Of a stretch of 64,000 nucleotides of DNA, positions 28,216 through 37,505 are shown piece by piece. The stretch spans positions 8,464 through 72,463 of the forward strand of contig JAZDGD010000001.1 of NCBI GenBank assembly GCA_043807255.1. Reading direction: 5' to 3'. A program made the translations under genes and the position numbers. This stretch comes from Patescibacteria group bacterium (lineage in GTDB: Bacteria; Patescibacteriota; Minisyncoccia; RBG-13-40-8-A). The first letter of the stretch is position 1; each line of letters begins with the position of its first letter. The notes beneath the pieces were generated by a model. It did no database searches. It saw only the letters and a list, made by a program, of their open reading frames with translations, and had not been told where the DNA came from.

Positions 28216-30651
28216 ATGGATTATAATCCTCAAGAAATTGAAAAAAAGTGGCAGGAAAAATGGGAAAAACTTGGTCTATATAAAGCCGAAGATTTTTCTA
28301 AAAAGCTAAAACAATATATTTTGGTTGAATTTCCATATCCCTCCGGAGATGGTCTTCATGTTGGTCACGCTCGCAGCTATTCTGCGCTTGATGCTATGGC
28401 ACGCAAAAAGAGAATGCAGGGGTATAATGTTTTATTTCCAATTGGCTATGATGCGTTTGGACTTCCTACTGAAAATTATGCAATTAAGACTGGTATTCAC
28501 CCAATCGAGGTAACTAAAAAAAATACAGCGATTTTTAGAGAACAGTTGAAAAGTTTAGGATTATCGTTTGACTGGTCTCGAGAGATAAATACTACCGATC
28601 CCAAATATTATAAATGGACACAGTGGATATTTTTACAATTTTTTAAAAAAGGATTAGCTTATCAATCAGAAATGCCAATAAACTGGTGTCCGAAATGTAA
28701 AACAGGGTTAGCCAACGAAGAAGTTGTAAATGGAAAGTGTGAACGTTGTGGCACGCAAACCGAAAAAAGAAATAAAAAACAATGGTTATTAAAAATTACT
28801 GATTATGCGGATCGATTGATTGATGACTTAAAATTGGTTAATTATCCAGACAGAATTAAAAACCAACAGATTAATTGGATTGGAAGATCCGGTGGAACAA
28901 ATATAAAATTTAAAATCGGAGACAACGAATTAGAAGCATTTACAACAAGAATAGACACAATTTTTGGTGTAACCGCACTTGTATTAGCTCCCGAACATGA
29001 ACTAATTAATCAGCTGAAAAATAAAATCGAAAACCTAAACGAAGTCCAGGAATATATTAATCAGGCAAAGAAAAAATCGGAAATTGAGCGCATGGATTTT
29101 GCGAAAGAAAAAACGGGCGTTGAATTGAAAGGAGTTTATGCAATCAATCCATTAAATAATGAAAAAATTGCAATTTGGATCGGAGATTATGTAATTGCCA
29201 CTTATGGCGGGGGAGCAGTAATGTTTGTGCCCGCACACGATGAACGTGATTATGAGTTTGCAACGCGTCACAACATTCCCATTCGGGAAGTGGTGACGCC
29301 GCAGATAAGCGCAGATTTAGACGCAGATAAACGCAGAGATGGGGCGTTTACGAGCTATGGTTATTTAATTAATTCAGGAGAATTTAATGGATTGGACTCG
29401 GAAAAAGCAATAAAAGAAATTACAAAATTATTGGAAAAGAAAAAATTGGGTAAAAAAACGATTAATTATCATTTGCGAGATTGGGTGTTTACGCGTCAAC
29501 ATTATTGGGGTGAGCCAATACCAATTATTCATTGCGAAAAGTGTGGGGTAGTGCCAGTTGATGAAAAGGACCTACCAGTAGAACTCCCTTATGTTGAAAA
29601 ATATGAACCAACCGACAGCGGAGAATCACCATTATCAGTAATTGATGAATGGGTAAATGTAAAATGTCCTAAATGCGGAGGAAAGGCAAAAAGAGAAACT
29701 GACACAATGCCAAATTGGGCTGGTTCTAATTGGTATTTTCTTAGATATTGCGATCCGAAAAATGATAAAGAATTTGCAGATATGAAGAAATTAAAATACT
29801 GGATGCCCGTAGACCTATATAACGGTGGGATGGAACATGTAACCCTTCATTTGTTATATTCAAGATTTGTTTATAAATTTTTATATGATATTGGCGTTGT
29901 GCCAACTCTTGAGCCATATCAAAGACGATGTGCCCATGGCATGGTCTTGGGGTCTGATGGCAAGAAAATGAGTAAGTCTTTGGGCAATGTTATCAATCCG
30001 GACGAAGTCGTAAAAAAATATGGCGCAGACACGGTTCGTTTGTATGAAATGTTTATGGGACCGTATGAAGATGAAATTTCTTGGAGCACGGAAAGCCTAG
30101 AAGGTTGTGCAAGGTTCTTAAGAAGAATTTGGAATCTATTTAGTAATGATGAAAAGTTTGCCAAAGAAACCTCAAAAGATTTAATTCAAAAATTGCATTA
30201 CACGATAAAAAAGGTTAGTGACGATCTAGACAATATGAAATTTAACACCGCAATTTCAAGCATGATGGAATTTGTAAACGCATGGAGTGGAGAGAGGCAA
30301 GTTTTATCGAAAGCTGATGCAGAAAATTTCCTGAAAATTCTATCGCCGTTTGCACCACATATCACTGAAGAATTATATTCTAAAATTAAAAGTCAAAAGT
30401 CAAAAATTAAAAGTATTTTTGACGAACAATGGCCAGAATATGATGAAGAGTTAATCAAAAAAGACAAAATCGATTTGGTGATTCAAATCAATGGCAAAGT
30501 TAGAGATAAAATCGAAGTAAAAGCAGACATTTCCGAAAAAGAGGCAAAAGAACTAGTTTTATCGAACGAAAAAATAAAAACCTGGCTAAATAACCAAGAA
30601 CCGAAGAAAATAATTTTTGTAAAAAATAAATTAATTAACATCGTAATTTAA
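28216..30651 (+). CDS. leuS: Leucine--tRNA ligase
   Basis: HIGH-type motif (PYPSGDGLHVGHA), CP1 editing domain and KMSKS (KMSKSLGN). In-frame repeat inserts lie at 29299-29338 and 30385-30414. Confidence 0.95.
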   Translation: MDYNPQEIEKKWQEKWEKLGLYKAEDFSKKLKQYILVEFPYPSGDGLHVGHARSYSALDAMARKKRMQGYNVLFPIGYDAFGLPTENYAIKTGIHPIEVTKKNTAIFREQLKSLGLSFDWSREINTTDPKYYKWTQWIFLQFFKKGLAYQSEMPINWCPKCKTGLANEEVVNGKCERCGTQTEKRNKKQWLLKITDYADRLIDDLKLVNYPDRIKNQQINWIGRSGGTNIKFKIGDNELEAFTTRIDTIFGVTALVLAPEHELINQLKNKIENLNEVQEYINQAKKKSEIERMDFAKEKTGVELKGVYAINPLNNEKIAIWIGDYVIATYGGGAVMFVPAHDERDYEFATRHNIPIREVVTPQISADLDADKRRDGAFTSYGYLINSGEFNGLDSEKAIKEITKLLEKKKLGKKTINYHLRDWVFTRQHYWGEPIPIIHCEKCGVVPVDEKDLPVELPYVEKYEPTDSGESPLSVIDEWVNVKCPKCGGKAKRETDTMPNWAGSNWYFLRYCDPKNDKEFADMKKLKYWMPVDLYNGGMEHVTLHLLYSRFVYKFLYDIGVVPTLEPYQRRCAHGMVLGSDGKKMSKSLGNVINPDEVVKKYGADTVRLYEMFMGPYEDEISWSTESLEGCARFLRRIWNLFSNDEKFAKETSKDLIQKLHYTIKKVSDDLDNMKFNTAISSMMEFVNAWSGERQVLSKADAENFLKILSPFAPHITEELYSKIKSQKSKIKSIFDEQWPEYDEELIKKDKIDLVIQINGKVRDKIEVKADISEKEAKELVLSNEKIKTWLNNQEPKKIIFVKNKLINIVI

Positions 30652-30777
30652 AGCTCGAATTATTTATATAAAAGACACGTGTTGATTTTTTTAATAAAAA
30701 AATCACACTCTATCTCGGTCCGATGGCGATCGGACCTGCGATGCGGACTTTTATATAAACAATTCTCGCCAAGATTT
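30652..30777 (+). promoter_or_regulatory. Conserved roughly 125-nt leader element, copy A (upstream of purN)
   Basis: Near-identical to 39270-39404 apart from a central hairpin whose two arms are both replaced while staying complementary (ggtccgatggcgatcggacc versus agccgactgctgtcggct). It also contains an AT hairpin (gtgttgatttttttaataaaaaaatcacac). Confidence 0.5.
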
Positions 30778-31383
30778 ATGAAAAATATAGCGGTACTGGT
30801 GTCTGGTAATGGGACGAATTTACAAGCGATAATTGATAATGTAAAAGACGGGAAAATAAACGGCAAAATTGTTGCTGTGATTTCGAATAAAGCCGATGCT
30901 TATGGATTAGAAAGAGCAAGGCAAGCAGGAATTCCGGAATATTTTATTGATCACAAAGGAATTACGCGAGAAGAGCATGAACAAAAAATAATTGATATTT
31001 TAGAAAAAAATAATGTTGATTTAGTTGTTTTGGCCGGATATATGCGCGTTGTAACTTCGTTGTTTGTGAATAAATATAAACACAGATTAATTAATATCCA
31101 TCCCGCACTTTTGCCTGCATTTCCTGGAACCGACGGCTATGGTGATACATTTAATTATGGTTGTAAGGTTGGCGGATGCACAGTACATTTTGTTGACGAA
31201 GGAGTTGATACTGGTCCGATAATTATTCAAAGAGTTAACGAAATCAAAGAAGACGATACGTTAGAAAGTTTTAAACAGCGTGGATTAGAAATCGAACATC
31301 AAGCACTCCCCGAGGCAGTAAAACTTTTTTGTGAGGACAGATTAAAGATCGAGGGAAGAAAAGTGAAAATCTTACGAGGCTAA
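30778..31383 (+). CDS. purN: Phosphoribosylglycinamide formyltransferase (formyl transferase family)
   Basis: NIAVLVSGNGTNLQAI, the INIHPALLPAFPG motif and a catalytic HxxD region. Confidence 0.75.
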   Translation: MKNIAVLVSGNGTNLQAIIDNVKDGKINGKIVAVISNKADAYGLERARQAGIPEYFIDHKGITREEHEQKIIDILEKNNVDLVVLAGYMRVVTSLFVNKYKHRLINIHPALLPAFPGTDGYGDTFNYGCKVGGCTVHFVDEGVDTGPIIIQRVNEIKEDDTLESFKQRGLEIEHQALPEAVKLFCEDRLKIEGRKVKILRG

Positions 31384-31395
31384 GCCTCGTAAGAT
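31369..31395. repeat. Palindrome ATCTTACGAGGCTAAGCCTCGTAAGAT overlapping the purN stop codon (TAA in the loop)
   Basis: Perfect inverted repeat; an identical copy at 31976-32002 overlaps the udg stop. Confidence 0.8.
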
Positions 31396-31408
31396 TTTAG
31401 AAAATTCT

Positions 31409-31990
31409 ATGACAAAAAAAGAACAATTAGAACAACTAAATAAAAAAATGTTAGTTTGTTCAAAATGTGTTCTGCGAAAAACGTGTCGGACGGTGGTTCC
31501 GGGGGAGGGCAATGCCGATACGGAAATTATGTTTATTGGCGAAGGGCCTGGGAAAAAAGAGGACGAACTTGGTCGTCCTTTTGTTGGTTCTGCGGGGAAA
31601 TTTTTAGATGAAATGTTTGCGGCGATAAAAACTAAAAGAGAAGATATTTATATTGCCAATGTTGTAAAGTGTCGTCCGCCGGCAAATCGTGATCCATTAC
31701 CAAAAGAAGCGATTGCTTGTTGGCCATGGTTAGAACAACAAGTTAAAATCATCAATCCTAAATTAATTGTTTTATTAGGCAGACATTCAATGGAAAAATT
31801 TTTGCCGGGACAAAAAATTTCTCAAATTCATGGAAAAGCGTTGCGTAAAGACATGCCCGGTTTTGGACCAATGGTTTTTTATGTTCTCTATCATCCCGCT
31901 GCCGCACTCTATAATGGCAGTATGCGTGGAACATTAATCGAAGATTTCAAGAAGATTCCAAAAGTTTTAAGGGCAATCTTACGAGGCTAA
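31409..31990 (+). CDS. Uracil-DNA glycosylase, family 4
   Basis: GEGPG...GRPFVGSAGKFLD and Cys cluster (CSKCVLRKTC) typical of family 4 UDG. Confidence 0.8.
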   Translation: MTKKEQLEQLNKKMLVCSKCVLRKTCRTVVPGEGNADTEIMFIGEGPGKKEDELGRPFVGSAGKFLDEMFAAIKTKREDIYIANVVKCRPPANRDPLPKEAIACWPWLEQQVKIINPKLIVLLGRHSMEKFLPGQKISQIHGKALRKDMPGFGPMVFYVLYHPAAALYNGSMRGTLIEDFKKIPKVLRAILRG

Positions 31991-32028
31991 GCCTCGTAAG
32001 ATATTCGGTCCTTCAAGGACCGAATATT
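31976..32028. repeat. Palindrome family 3 copy fused to a REP family 2 copy (AATATTCGGTCCTTCAAGGACCGAATATT)
   Basis: Both palindromes read directly from the sequence, overlapping the udg stop codon and extending just beyond it. Confidence 0.8.
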
Positions 32029-32046
32029 AAAAAAGAATAAAAAATA

Positions 32047-32070
32047 GGGAGCGTTCGACAGAACGCTCCC
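32047..32070 (-). terminator. Rho-independent terminator for the minus-strand gene (gggagcgttcgacagaacgctccc, with a T-run on the minus strand)
   Basis: Perfect 10-bp stem located 11 nt after the stop of the gene at 32081. Confidence 0.6.
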
Positions 32071-32080
32071 AGCGATAATT

Positions 32081-32347
32081 TTAGTGAGAACCCCACCATC
32101 TGTCTCTGGCGTCTTTGTTGTTTCCTCTCAGTTTTTTATAATCGGACCAAAGCTGAATTAATTCCGGATATTTTTTGTTAATTTCGTCGTTATCAAGGAT
32201 TTTGCTGATTTTGTCTGTGGTTTTGATTATTTCATCCGCCCGTTGCAATATCTTACACGTTAGATCGCCTTGCACACAGTCGCATTGGCACACCCATACA
32301 TGGCCATGCACCACTCGCAATAATGTACATTTGTCACAATAACGCAT
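32081..32347 (-). CDS. Cys/His-rich small protein (putative zinc-binding), hypothetical
   Basis: 88-aa ORF with an N-terminal CxxC...HxH...CxCxC cluster and its own terminator. Confidence 0.35.
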   Translation of the reverse strand: MRYCDKCTLLRVVHGHVWVCQCDCVQGDLTCKILQRADEIIKTTDKISKILDNDEINKKYPELIQLWSDYKKLRGNNKDARDRWWGSH

Positions 32348-32462
32348 TCTCCACCTCCTTAATGTGTTTCTCGTTATTTAACGAGACTGAAAGAACAATT
32401 ATAGATTAACAGACAAGGAAAATCTTGTCAATCAAAATTTGAAGTGCATACGATCCTCTTTG

Positions 32463-32546
32463 TGCCCGGGGAGGGAGTCGAACCCTCATGACCTTGCGAT
32501 CACACGATTTTGAGTCGTGCGCGTCTGCCAATTCCGCCACCTGGGC
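32463..32546 (-). tRNA. tRNA-Leu (anticodon CAA)
   Basis: 84-nt cloverleaf whose D-arm (GGCGGAATTGGCAGACGC) is nearly identical to E. coli tRNA-Leu. Anticodon loop CUCAAAA, long variable arm, T-arm GAGGGTTCGACTCCCTC; one A:C mismatch in the acceptor stem. Confidence 0.85.
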
Positions 32547-32597
32547 ATGCTTGCCCCGCATTTGTGCGGGGGTTTATATCCAAATTACCACAAAATT

Positions 32598-34787
32598 TTA
32601 GGAATTACAATCTCTGTTACTACATTTTTTGCCGGTTTTTGTTTCGACCATAAAAAATCCACAGTTCGGACACTTTTGGTAGGTGCCCGCCTCTTCGGCG
32701 GGTAAAGGTTTACCCCAAAACGCAAAATCACATTTCGGATATTCGGTGCATCCATAAAACATTCCTTTCCTACTGCGCTTCATTGTTATCTTTCCGGTTT
32801 TACATTTTGGGCAATTTAAATTTAAATCTTTTTGTGCTTCTTTCTTGATGTATTTACATTTGGGATATGCCGAACAACCCTTGAATGAGCCATATCGTCC
32901 TTGTCGCATAACCAAGCTTGCACCACAATCAGGACATTTTTCTTCTAGCATCACGGGTTTTTCTCTGACTATCTCATTGCCTTCGCTGTCCAATTTTTTA
33001 GTGTTTTTACATTTCGGATAATTTGAACAAGCTAAAAACTTTCCATATCTTCCAACTTTTATTATCATTGCTGAACCACATTTTTCGCATACCTGGTCTG
33101 TTTTTGTTTCGGTAATATTTTTTTTGACTAATTCTTTTTCTTTGGCTACGATATTTTTGCCAAAAGGACCATAGAATTTTTTTAATGTTTCTCGCCATTT
33201 TTGTTCTCCTTCGGCAATTTTATCTAAATCGTTTTCCATTTTGGCAGTAAAATCAAAATCGACAATATTGAAAAAATGTTCCATTAATAAATCATTAACA
33301 ATAAAAGCAATTTCGCTTGGCTTAAGACGCTTATTCTCTGTTCTTTCGGCATAACCGCGATCGATGACCGTGGAAATGGTTGGCGCATAGGTTGATGGGC
33401 GACCAATTCCTTTTTCCTCTAAGATTTTAACGATAGTTGCGTCAGAATAACGAGCGGGGGGTTGAGTAAATTTTTGTAATGGATTTATTTTAATGCAATC
33501 AATGTTTTCTTTTTTTTCTATTTTTGGTAAAATTTCTTCTTTAGTAGAAGAGGGGTAGAATTTTAAAAAGCCGTCAAATTTTATAATTTGACCATTTATT
33601 TTAAAAGTATATTTATCGTCTTTAGTGTTAACATCAACTGAAGTAGCGTCAAATTTTGCTGGACTCATTTGACTTGCAACTGCCCTTTGCCAAATTAATT
33701 GATAAAGCCTAAATTGACTCCTGTTGGGGTCATTTTTTAATTGTTCGGGAGTTTTGCTTGTATCCGTTGGTCGAATCGCTTCGTGTGCTTCTTGTGCTCC
33801 TTTGCTTTTGGTTTTAAAATTTCTGGTTTCTGAATAATTATTTCCTAAAGTATTTTTGATATAATTTTCTGTTTCGCCAATAAATTTTTGTGATAAATTT
33901 AAAGAATCAGTTCTCATGTAGGTGATAAATCCCATTTCATATAATTTTTGAGCGGTCATCATTGTTTGTTTTGCAGAAAATCCTAAACGTCTATTTGCTT
34001 CTTGTTGTAGGGTAGATGTGGTGAACGGTGGCAGGGGATTACGGCTAACTTCTTTTTTGATTATTTCGGCAACATAATAATTTTCTTTAGACAATATTTC
34101 TAAAAGTTTATCGGCTTCTTTTTGTGACTTAATTTCTATTTTGTCTATTGTTTTGCCGTCTATTTTTTGTAGTTTAGCAGAAAATTCTTCGTTCCTTGGC
34201 GTTTTAAAATCTCCCAGTATTTCCCAATATTCTTCAATTTTAAAACCCTGAATCTCCCTTTCTTTCTCCACGATAAGGCGGACAACAATGGACTGAACTC
34301 TGCCGGCGGAAAGTCCCATGGCTACCTTTTTCCACAATAACGGAGAAAGCTTATAACCTACCAATCGATCCAAAATTCTTCGCGCTTGTTGAGCATCTAC
34401 CAAATTTAAATCAATTTTGCGTGGATTTTTTAATGCTTCTTCAATTGCGTGTTTAGTGATTTCATGAAAAACAATTCTCTTGGGATTTTTTAATTTTAAT
34501 GCCTCGGCTAGATGCCAGGCGATGGCTTCTCCTTCGCGGTCCTCGTCAGTTGCCAAGATAACTTCGTCTGATTTCTTAACTTTTTCCTTTAATATGGCAA
34601 TGTTTTTTTTCGCCTTGGGTATAATTACATATTTTGGTTCAAAATCGTTTTCAATATCAATCGCTAGTTCCTTTTGTGGCAAATCCCTTACGTGGCCAAA
34701 AGATGATTGAATGTCAAAATTAGATCCCAGAAACCCTTGGAGTGTCTTGGCTTTTGTCGGTGACTCTACGATAATTAATGTTTTCAT
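32598..34787 (-). CDS. topA: DNA topoisomerase I
   Basis: TOPRIM N-terminus (LIIVESPTKAKT), catalytic Tyr region and C-terminal zinc ribbons. Confidence 0.95.
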   Translation of the reverse strand: MKTLIIVESPTKAKTLQGFLGSNFDIQSSFGHVRDLPQKELAIDIENDFEPKYVIIPKAKKNIAILKEKVKKSDEVILATDEDREGEAIAWHLAEALKLKNPKRIVFHEITKHAIEEALKNPRKIDLNLVDAQQARRILDRLVGYKLSPLLWKKVAMGLSAGRVQSIVVRLIVEKEREIQGFKIEEYWEILGDFKTPRNEEFSAKLQKIDGKTIDKIEIKSQKEADKLLEILSKENYYVAEIIKKEVSRNPLPPFTTSTLQQEANRRLGFSAKQTMMTAQKLYEMGFITYMRTDSLNLSQKFIGETENYIKNTLGNNYSETRNFKTKSKGAQEAHEAIRPTDTSKTPEQLKNDPNRSQFRLYQLIWQRAVASQMSPAKFDATSVDVNTKDDKYTFKINGQIIKFDGFLKFYPSSTKEEILPKIEKKENIDCIKINPLQKFTQPPARYSDATIVKILEEKGIGRPSTYAPTISTVIDRGYAERTENKRLKPSEIAFIVNDLLMEHFFNIVDFDFTAKMENDLDKIAEGEQKWRETLKKFYGPFGKNIVAKEKELVKKNITETKTDQVCEKCGSAMIIKVGRYGKFLACSNYPKCKNTKKLDSEGNEIVREKPVMLEEKCPDCGASLVMRQGRYGSFKGCSAYPKCKYIKKEAQKDLNLNCPKCKTGKITMKRSRKGMFYGCTEYPKCDFAFWGKPLPAEEAGTYQKCPNCGFFMVETKTGKKCSNRDCNS

Positions 34788-34799
34788 GCTTACTGATAC

Positions 34800-35672
34800 T
34801 TATTTTAGAATATAATTATTTTTGCCTAAATTTCTTATTGCATTTTCCATCTCTAAAATTGTTAATGTTGAATTTACAATAGAAGTTGGTAGCTTGCTAA
34901 GTTTTATGACCTCATCAATGTGTGTTGGTTGCAAAGAAAGAAGTGATAAAATAATTTCTTCTTCTTTGTTTTCTGGCTTGGCTTTGATTTTTGGCGTTTC
35001 TGAAAGTAAATGTGATAAATTTAATTCTTCTAAAACGTCTTCAATGCAAGTAACCAATTTTGCTCCCTGTTTAATTAGCTTGTGTGTGCCTTGTGAATTT
35101 TGATCATAGACATTTCCTGGCACTGCAAACACTTCTTTGTTTTGTTCAAGTGCTAAATTTGCCGTGATCAATGCTCCACTTTTTTCTGGTGCCTCAATAA
35201 CTATTACTCCCAAGCATAATCCACTAACAATTCTATTCCTTTCGGGAAAAGTATAAATTGCACCAATTGTTCCTTCGGGATATTCAGTGATTACTGCGCC
35301 ATTTTGAGCAATTTCTTCGCTTAATGCATAATTTTGTGATGGAGAAAAACTCCCTTGATCCATTCCGCTACCCAATACTGCGATTGTTCTTCCTCCGGCC
35401 TCAAGCGCTGCCTTGTGTGCAAATGTATCAATGCCTCGAGCCAAACCGCTAACAATTGTAATTCCAAGTTTAGCTAATTTTGAAGACAAGTCAAGCGCGA
35501 CTTGTTTCCCGTATGCAGAATATTTGCGCGTTCCGACGATTGCAATCGCAACTTTGTCCTGGTTTTTGATCTCTCCCTTAATAAATAATTGTTTGGGAGG
35601 ATTGTGTATCTCCTTTAAGGAAGGGGGATATTCTTTATCATTAATTGTGATTTTTCTTGAAGTACTTGACAT
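34800..35672 (-). CDS. dprA: DNA processing protein DprA (Smf)
   Basis: Rossmann-like DprA core (IAIVGTRKYSAYGKQVA...IVSGLARGID...AVLGSGMD). Confidence 0.85.
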   Translation of the reverse strand: MSSTSRKITINDKEYPPSLKEIHNPPKQLFIKGEIKNQDKVAIAIVGTRKYSAYGKQVALDLSSKLAKLGITIVSGLARGIDTFAHKAALEAGGRTIAVLGSGMDQGSFSPSQNYALSEEIAQNGAVITEYPEGTIGAIYTFPERNRIVSGLCLGVIVIEAPEKSGALITANLALEQNKEVFAVPGNVYDQNSQGTHKLIKQGAKLVTCIEDVLEELNLSHLLSETPKIKAKPENKEEEIILSLLSLQPTHIDEVIKLSKLPTSIVNSTLTILEMENAIRNLGKNNYILK

Positions 35673-35852
35673 AAAATTGACCGTATGCTATACTTAGTGC
35701 ATAATAAGATATTCGTGTTTCTGGTCCTGCCTGATGAGTGACGAGAACCAATCTACCCTCCTTGATTTGGTTGTTAGTCAAAAAGCGTTTAGGGTCTCTT
35801 GCTTTTGTGAGAGAATCTAAACCACTCGCGGGTAGGACCAGGGACAAGAGAT

Positions 35853-36374
35853 CTAAGAAAGCGGTATGGAAATCATTCCAACTGCTTTTTTAATTATCTC
35901 AGGTAGCTTTTCTTCTTCGGTCTTTGAAAAGTTCTTTAAAACAAAATCCGTCGTATTAACTTTTAATTTTTGACTTTGGACTTTTAATTCGGGCTGGATT
36001 CCTATACGAATTCGGGTGAAATTCTGGGTACCTAATTCATTGATAATCGATTGTACTCCCTTGTGTCCCGCGGATGAAGAATCCTTACTTACGCGAACAT
36101 CCCCAAACAACAAATCGATATCATCGTGAATGACAATTAAATTAGATACAGGAATTTTTTCATAATCAAGATATTCTTTTACTGCTCTGCCGGAGTCATT
36201 CATAAAATTATCGGGCTTCAAAAATATGATATTTTTATCCCGAGCGTTTATTCCGAGCAAAGTCGAGGAAGAGTCGAGGGACTCTAATCCATCAATAACT
36301 CTAAATCCGACATTGTGTCGGGTTTTTTCGTATTTTTTTCCAGGGTTGCCAAGTCCCGCAATTAAAGTTTTCAT
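35853..36374 (-). CDS. pth: Peptidyl-tRNA hydrolase
   Basis: LIAGLGNPGKKYEKTRHNVGF, the canonical Pth N-terminus. A heptamer-repeat copy lies in frame at 35959-35990. Confidence 0.9.
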   Translation of the reverse strand: MKTLIAGLGNPGKKYEKTRHNVGFRVIDGLESLDSSSTLLGINARDKNIIFLKPDNFMNDSGRAVKEYLDYEKIPVSNLIVIHDDIDLLFGDVRVSKDSSSAGHKGVQSIINELGTQNFTRIRIGIQPELKVQSQKLKVNTTDFVLKNFSKTEEEKLPEIIKKAVGMISIPLS

Positions 36375-37375
36375 AAATTGATTAATAAGTTATTAATATA
36401 ATTTTTTATTTCTTGATAATTCTCTATTCCATTTTTGGGAATTACAACTGAAGCAATTTCTCCACTTAAATTTTTTGTATCAGAGATTACTAATGGGGGA
36501 GCAATGGTATTGAATTGAATTTTGCTCAAATCGGTCTTCTTTATTAATTTTAGAACATATTTAATGTCAATCAAACCGATATTTGTTTCTGCATTCTGTT
36601 TGAGATCGTTCCAAAGTCCCAAAATCGTGGGAAAGTTCCAAAGAACATTTAATTTCAATGCCTTGTCTTTTATCGCAGAAATAACTTGTTGTTGATGTTC
36701 TATTCTAGAAAAATCTCCATTGACTTGATTTCTAGTGCGAATGTATTTTAAAGCGGTCTCTCCGTTTAAATGCTGAACACCTTTTTGTAAAGAAAACGTC
36801 TCATAAGAATTATATTCTGCGGGGAATTTGGGGTCATAGATATCTTCTTCTATCTCGACATCAATTCCGTCTAATTTGTCAATTATTTGTTTTACGCCAC
36901 TTAAATCCAAAACCAAATAATAATTAATATCTAAATCGGTAATTTCTTTAATTTTTGTTTTAATTATTTCAATCCCGCCATATTTATATAAAGCATTGAT
37001 TTTTGTATAATAATTTTTTTCTGGATATTTAACCAATAAGTCGCGAGGAATAGATATGGCAATCGGATTCTCTCCTTTGGGCGAACTATTGATAATTAAA
37101 ATTGTGTCTGTTAGTTGTGGCGCAGAATTGCCTTCGCCGGGAATTCCTAAGAATAAAAAATTAATCCTGTCTTTTTTGAGTTGGCTCAATGTTGTTTGAT
37201 CGATCTTGCCAAAATCAGTAATCTGTGCAAAATTATTATTATTAATAACGATTTCTTTTTTAAAAGAAATTTTAAAAGTTGATTTTATTACGATTATGAT
37301 TGAACAAATTAAAAGAACAATAGTTATGCTTAAAATACATAATTTTTTGATTTCTTTTTTAGGGTTTTTGTTCAT
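36371..37375 (-). CDS. LytR-CpsA-Psr (LCP) family cell-envelope phosphotransferase
   Basis: N-terminal TM and LCP motifs (NFLFLGIPGEG...TDTILIIN...SIPRDL). Confidence 0.75.
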   Translation of the reverse strand: MNKNPKKEIKKLCILSITIVLLICSIIIVIKSTFKISFKKEIVINNNNFAQITDFGKIDQTTLSQLKKDRINFLFLGIPGEGNSAPQLTDTILIINSSPKGENPIAISIPRDLLVKYPEKNYYTKINALYKYGGIEIIKTKIKEITDLDINYYLVLDLSGVKQIIDKLDGIDVEIEEDIYDPKFPAEYNSYETFSLQKGVQHLNGETALKYIRTRNQVNGDFSRIEHQQQVISAIKDKALKLNVLWNFPTILGLWNDLKQNAETNIGLIDIKYVLKLIKKTDLSKIQFNTIAPPLVISDTKNLSGEIASVVIPKNGIENYQEIKNYINNLLINL

Positions 37376-37505
37376 TAATTATATTATAACACATAAGAAA
37401 TTCGGAAAATATAATCGGGCTCATAATTAACTGCGCTTAATTTTTGTAGATATTCTTTACATTGCTATTGACAAGATATTTTACAAGAACTATACTTATA
37501 AGCAT

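Noticed and set aside
28118-28309. 63-aa ORF bridging the RT and leuS as a possible retron effector
   Set aside because: It overlaps both the RT 3' end and the leuS 5' end, is low-complexity and Lys/Ile-rich, and shows no SD sequence or domain.
35735-35760. Hammerhead ribozyme core (CUGAUGAG)
   Set aside because: There is no conserved GAAA strand and no proper stem II after CUGAUGAG.
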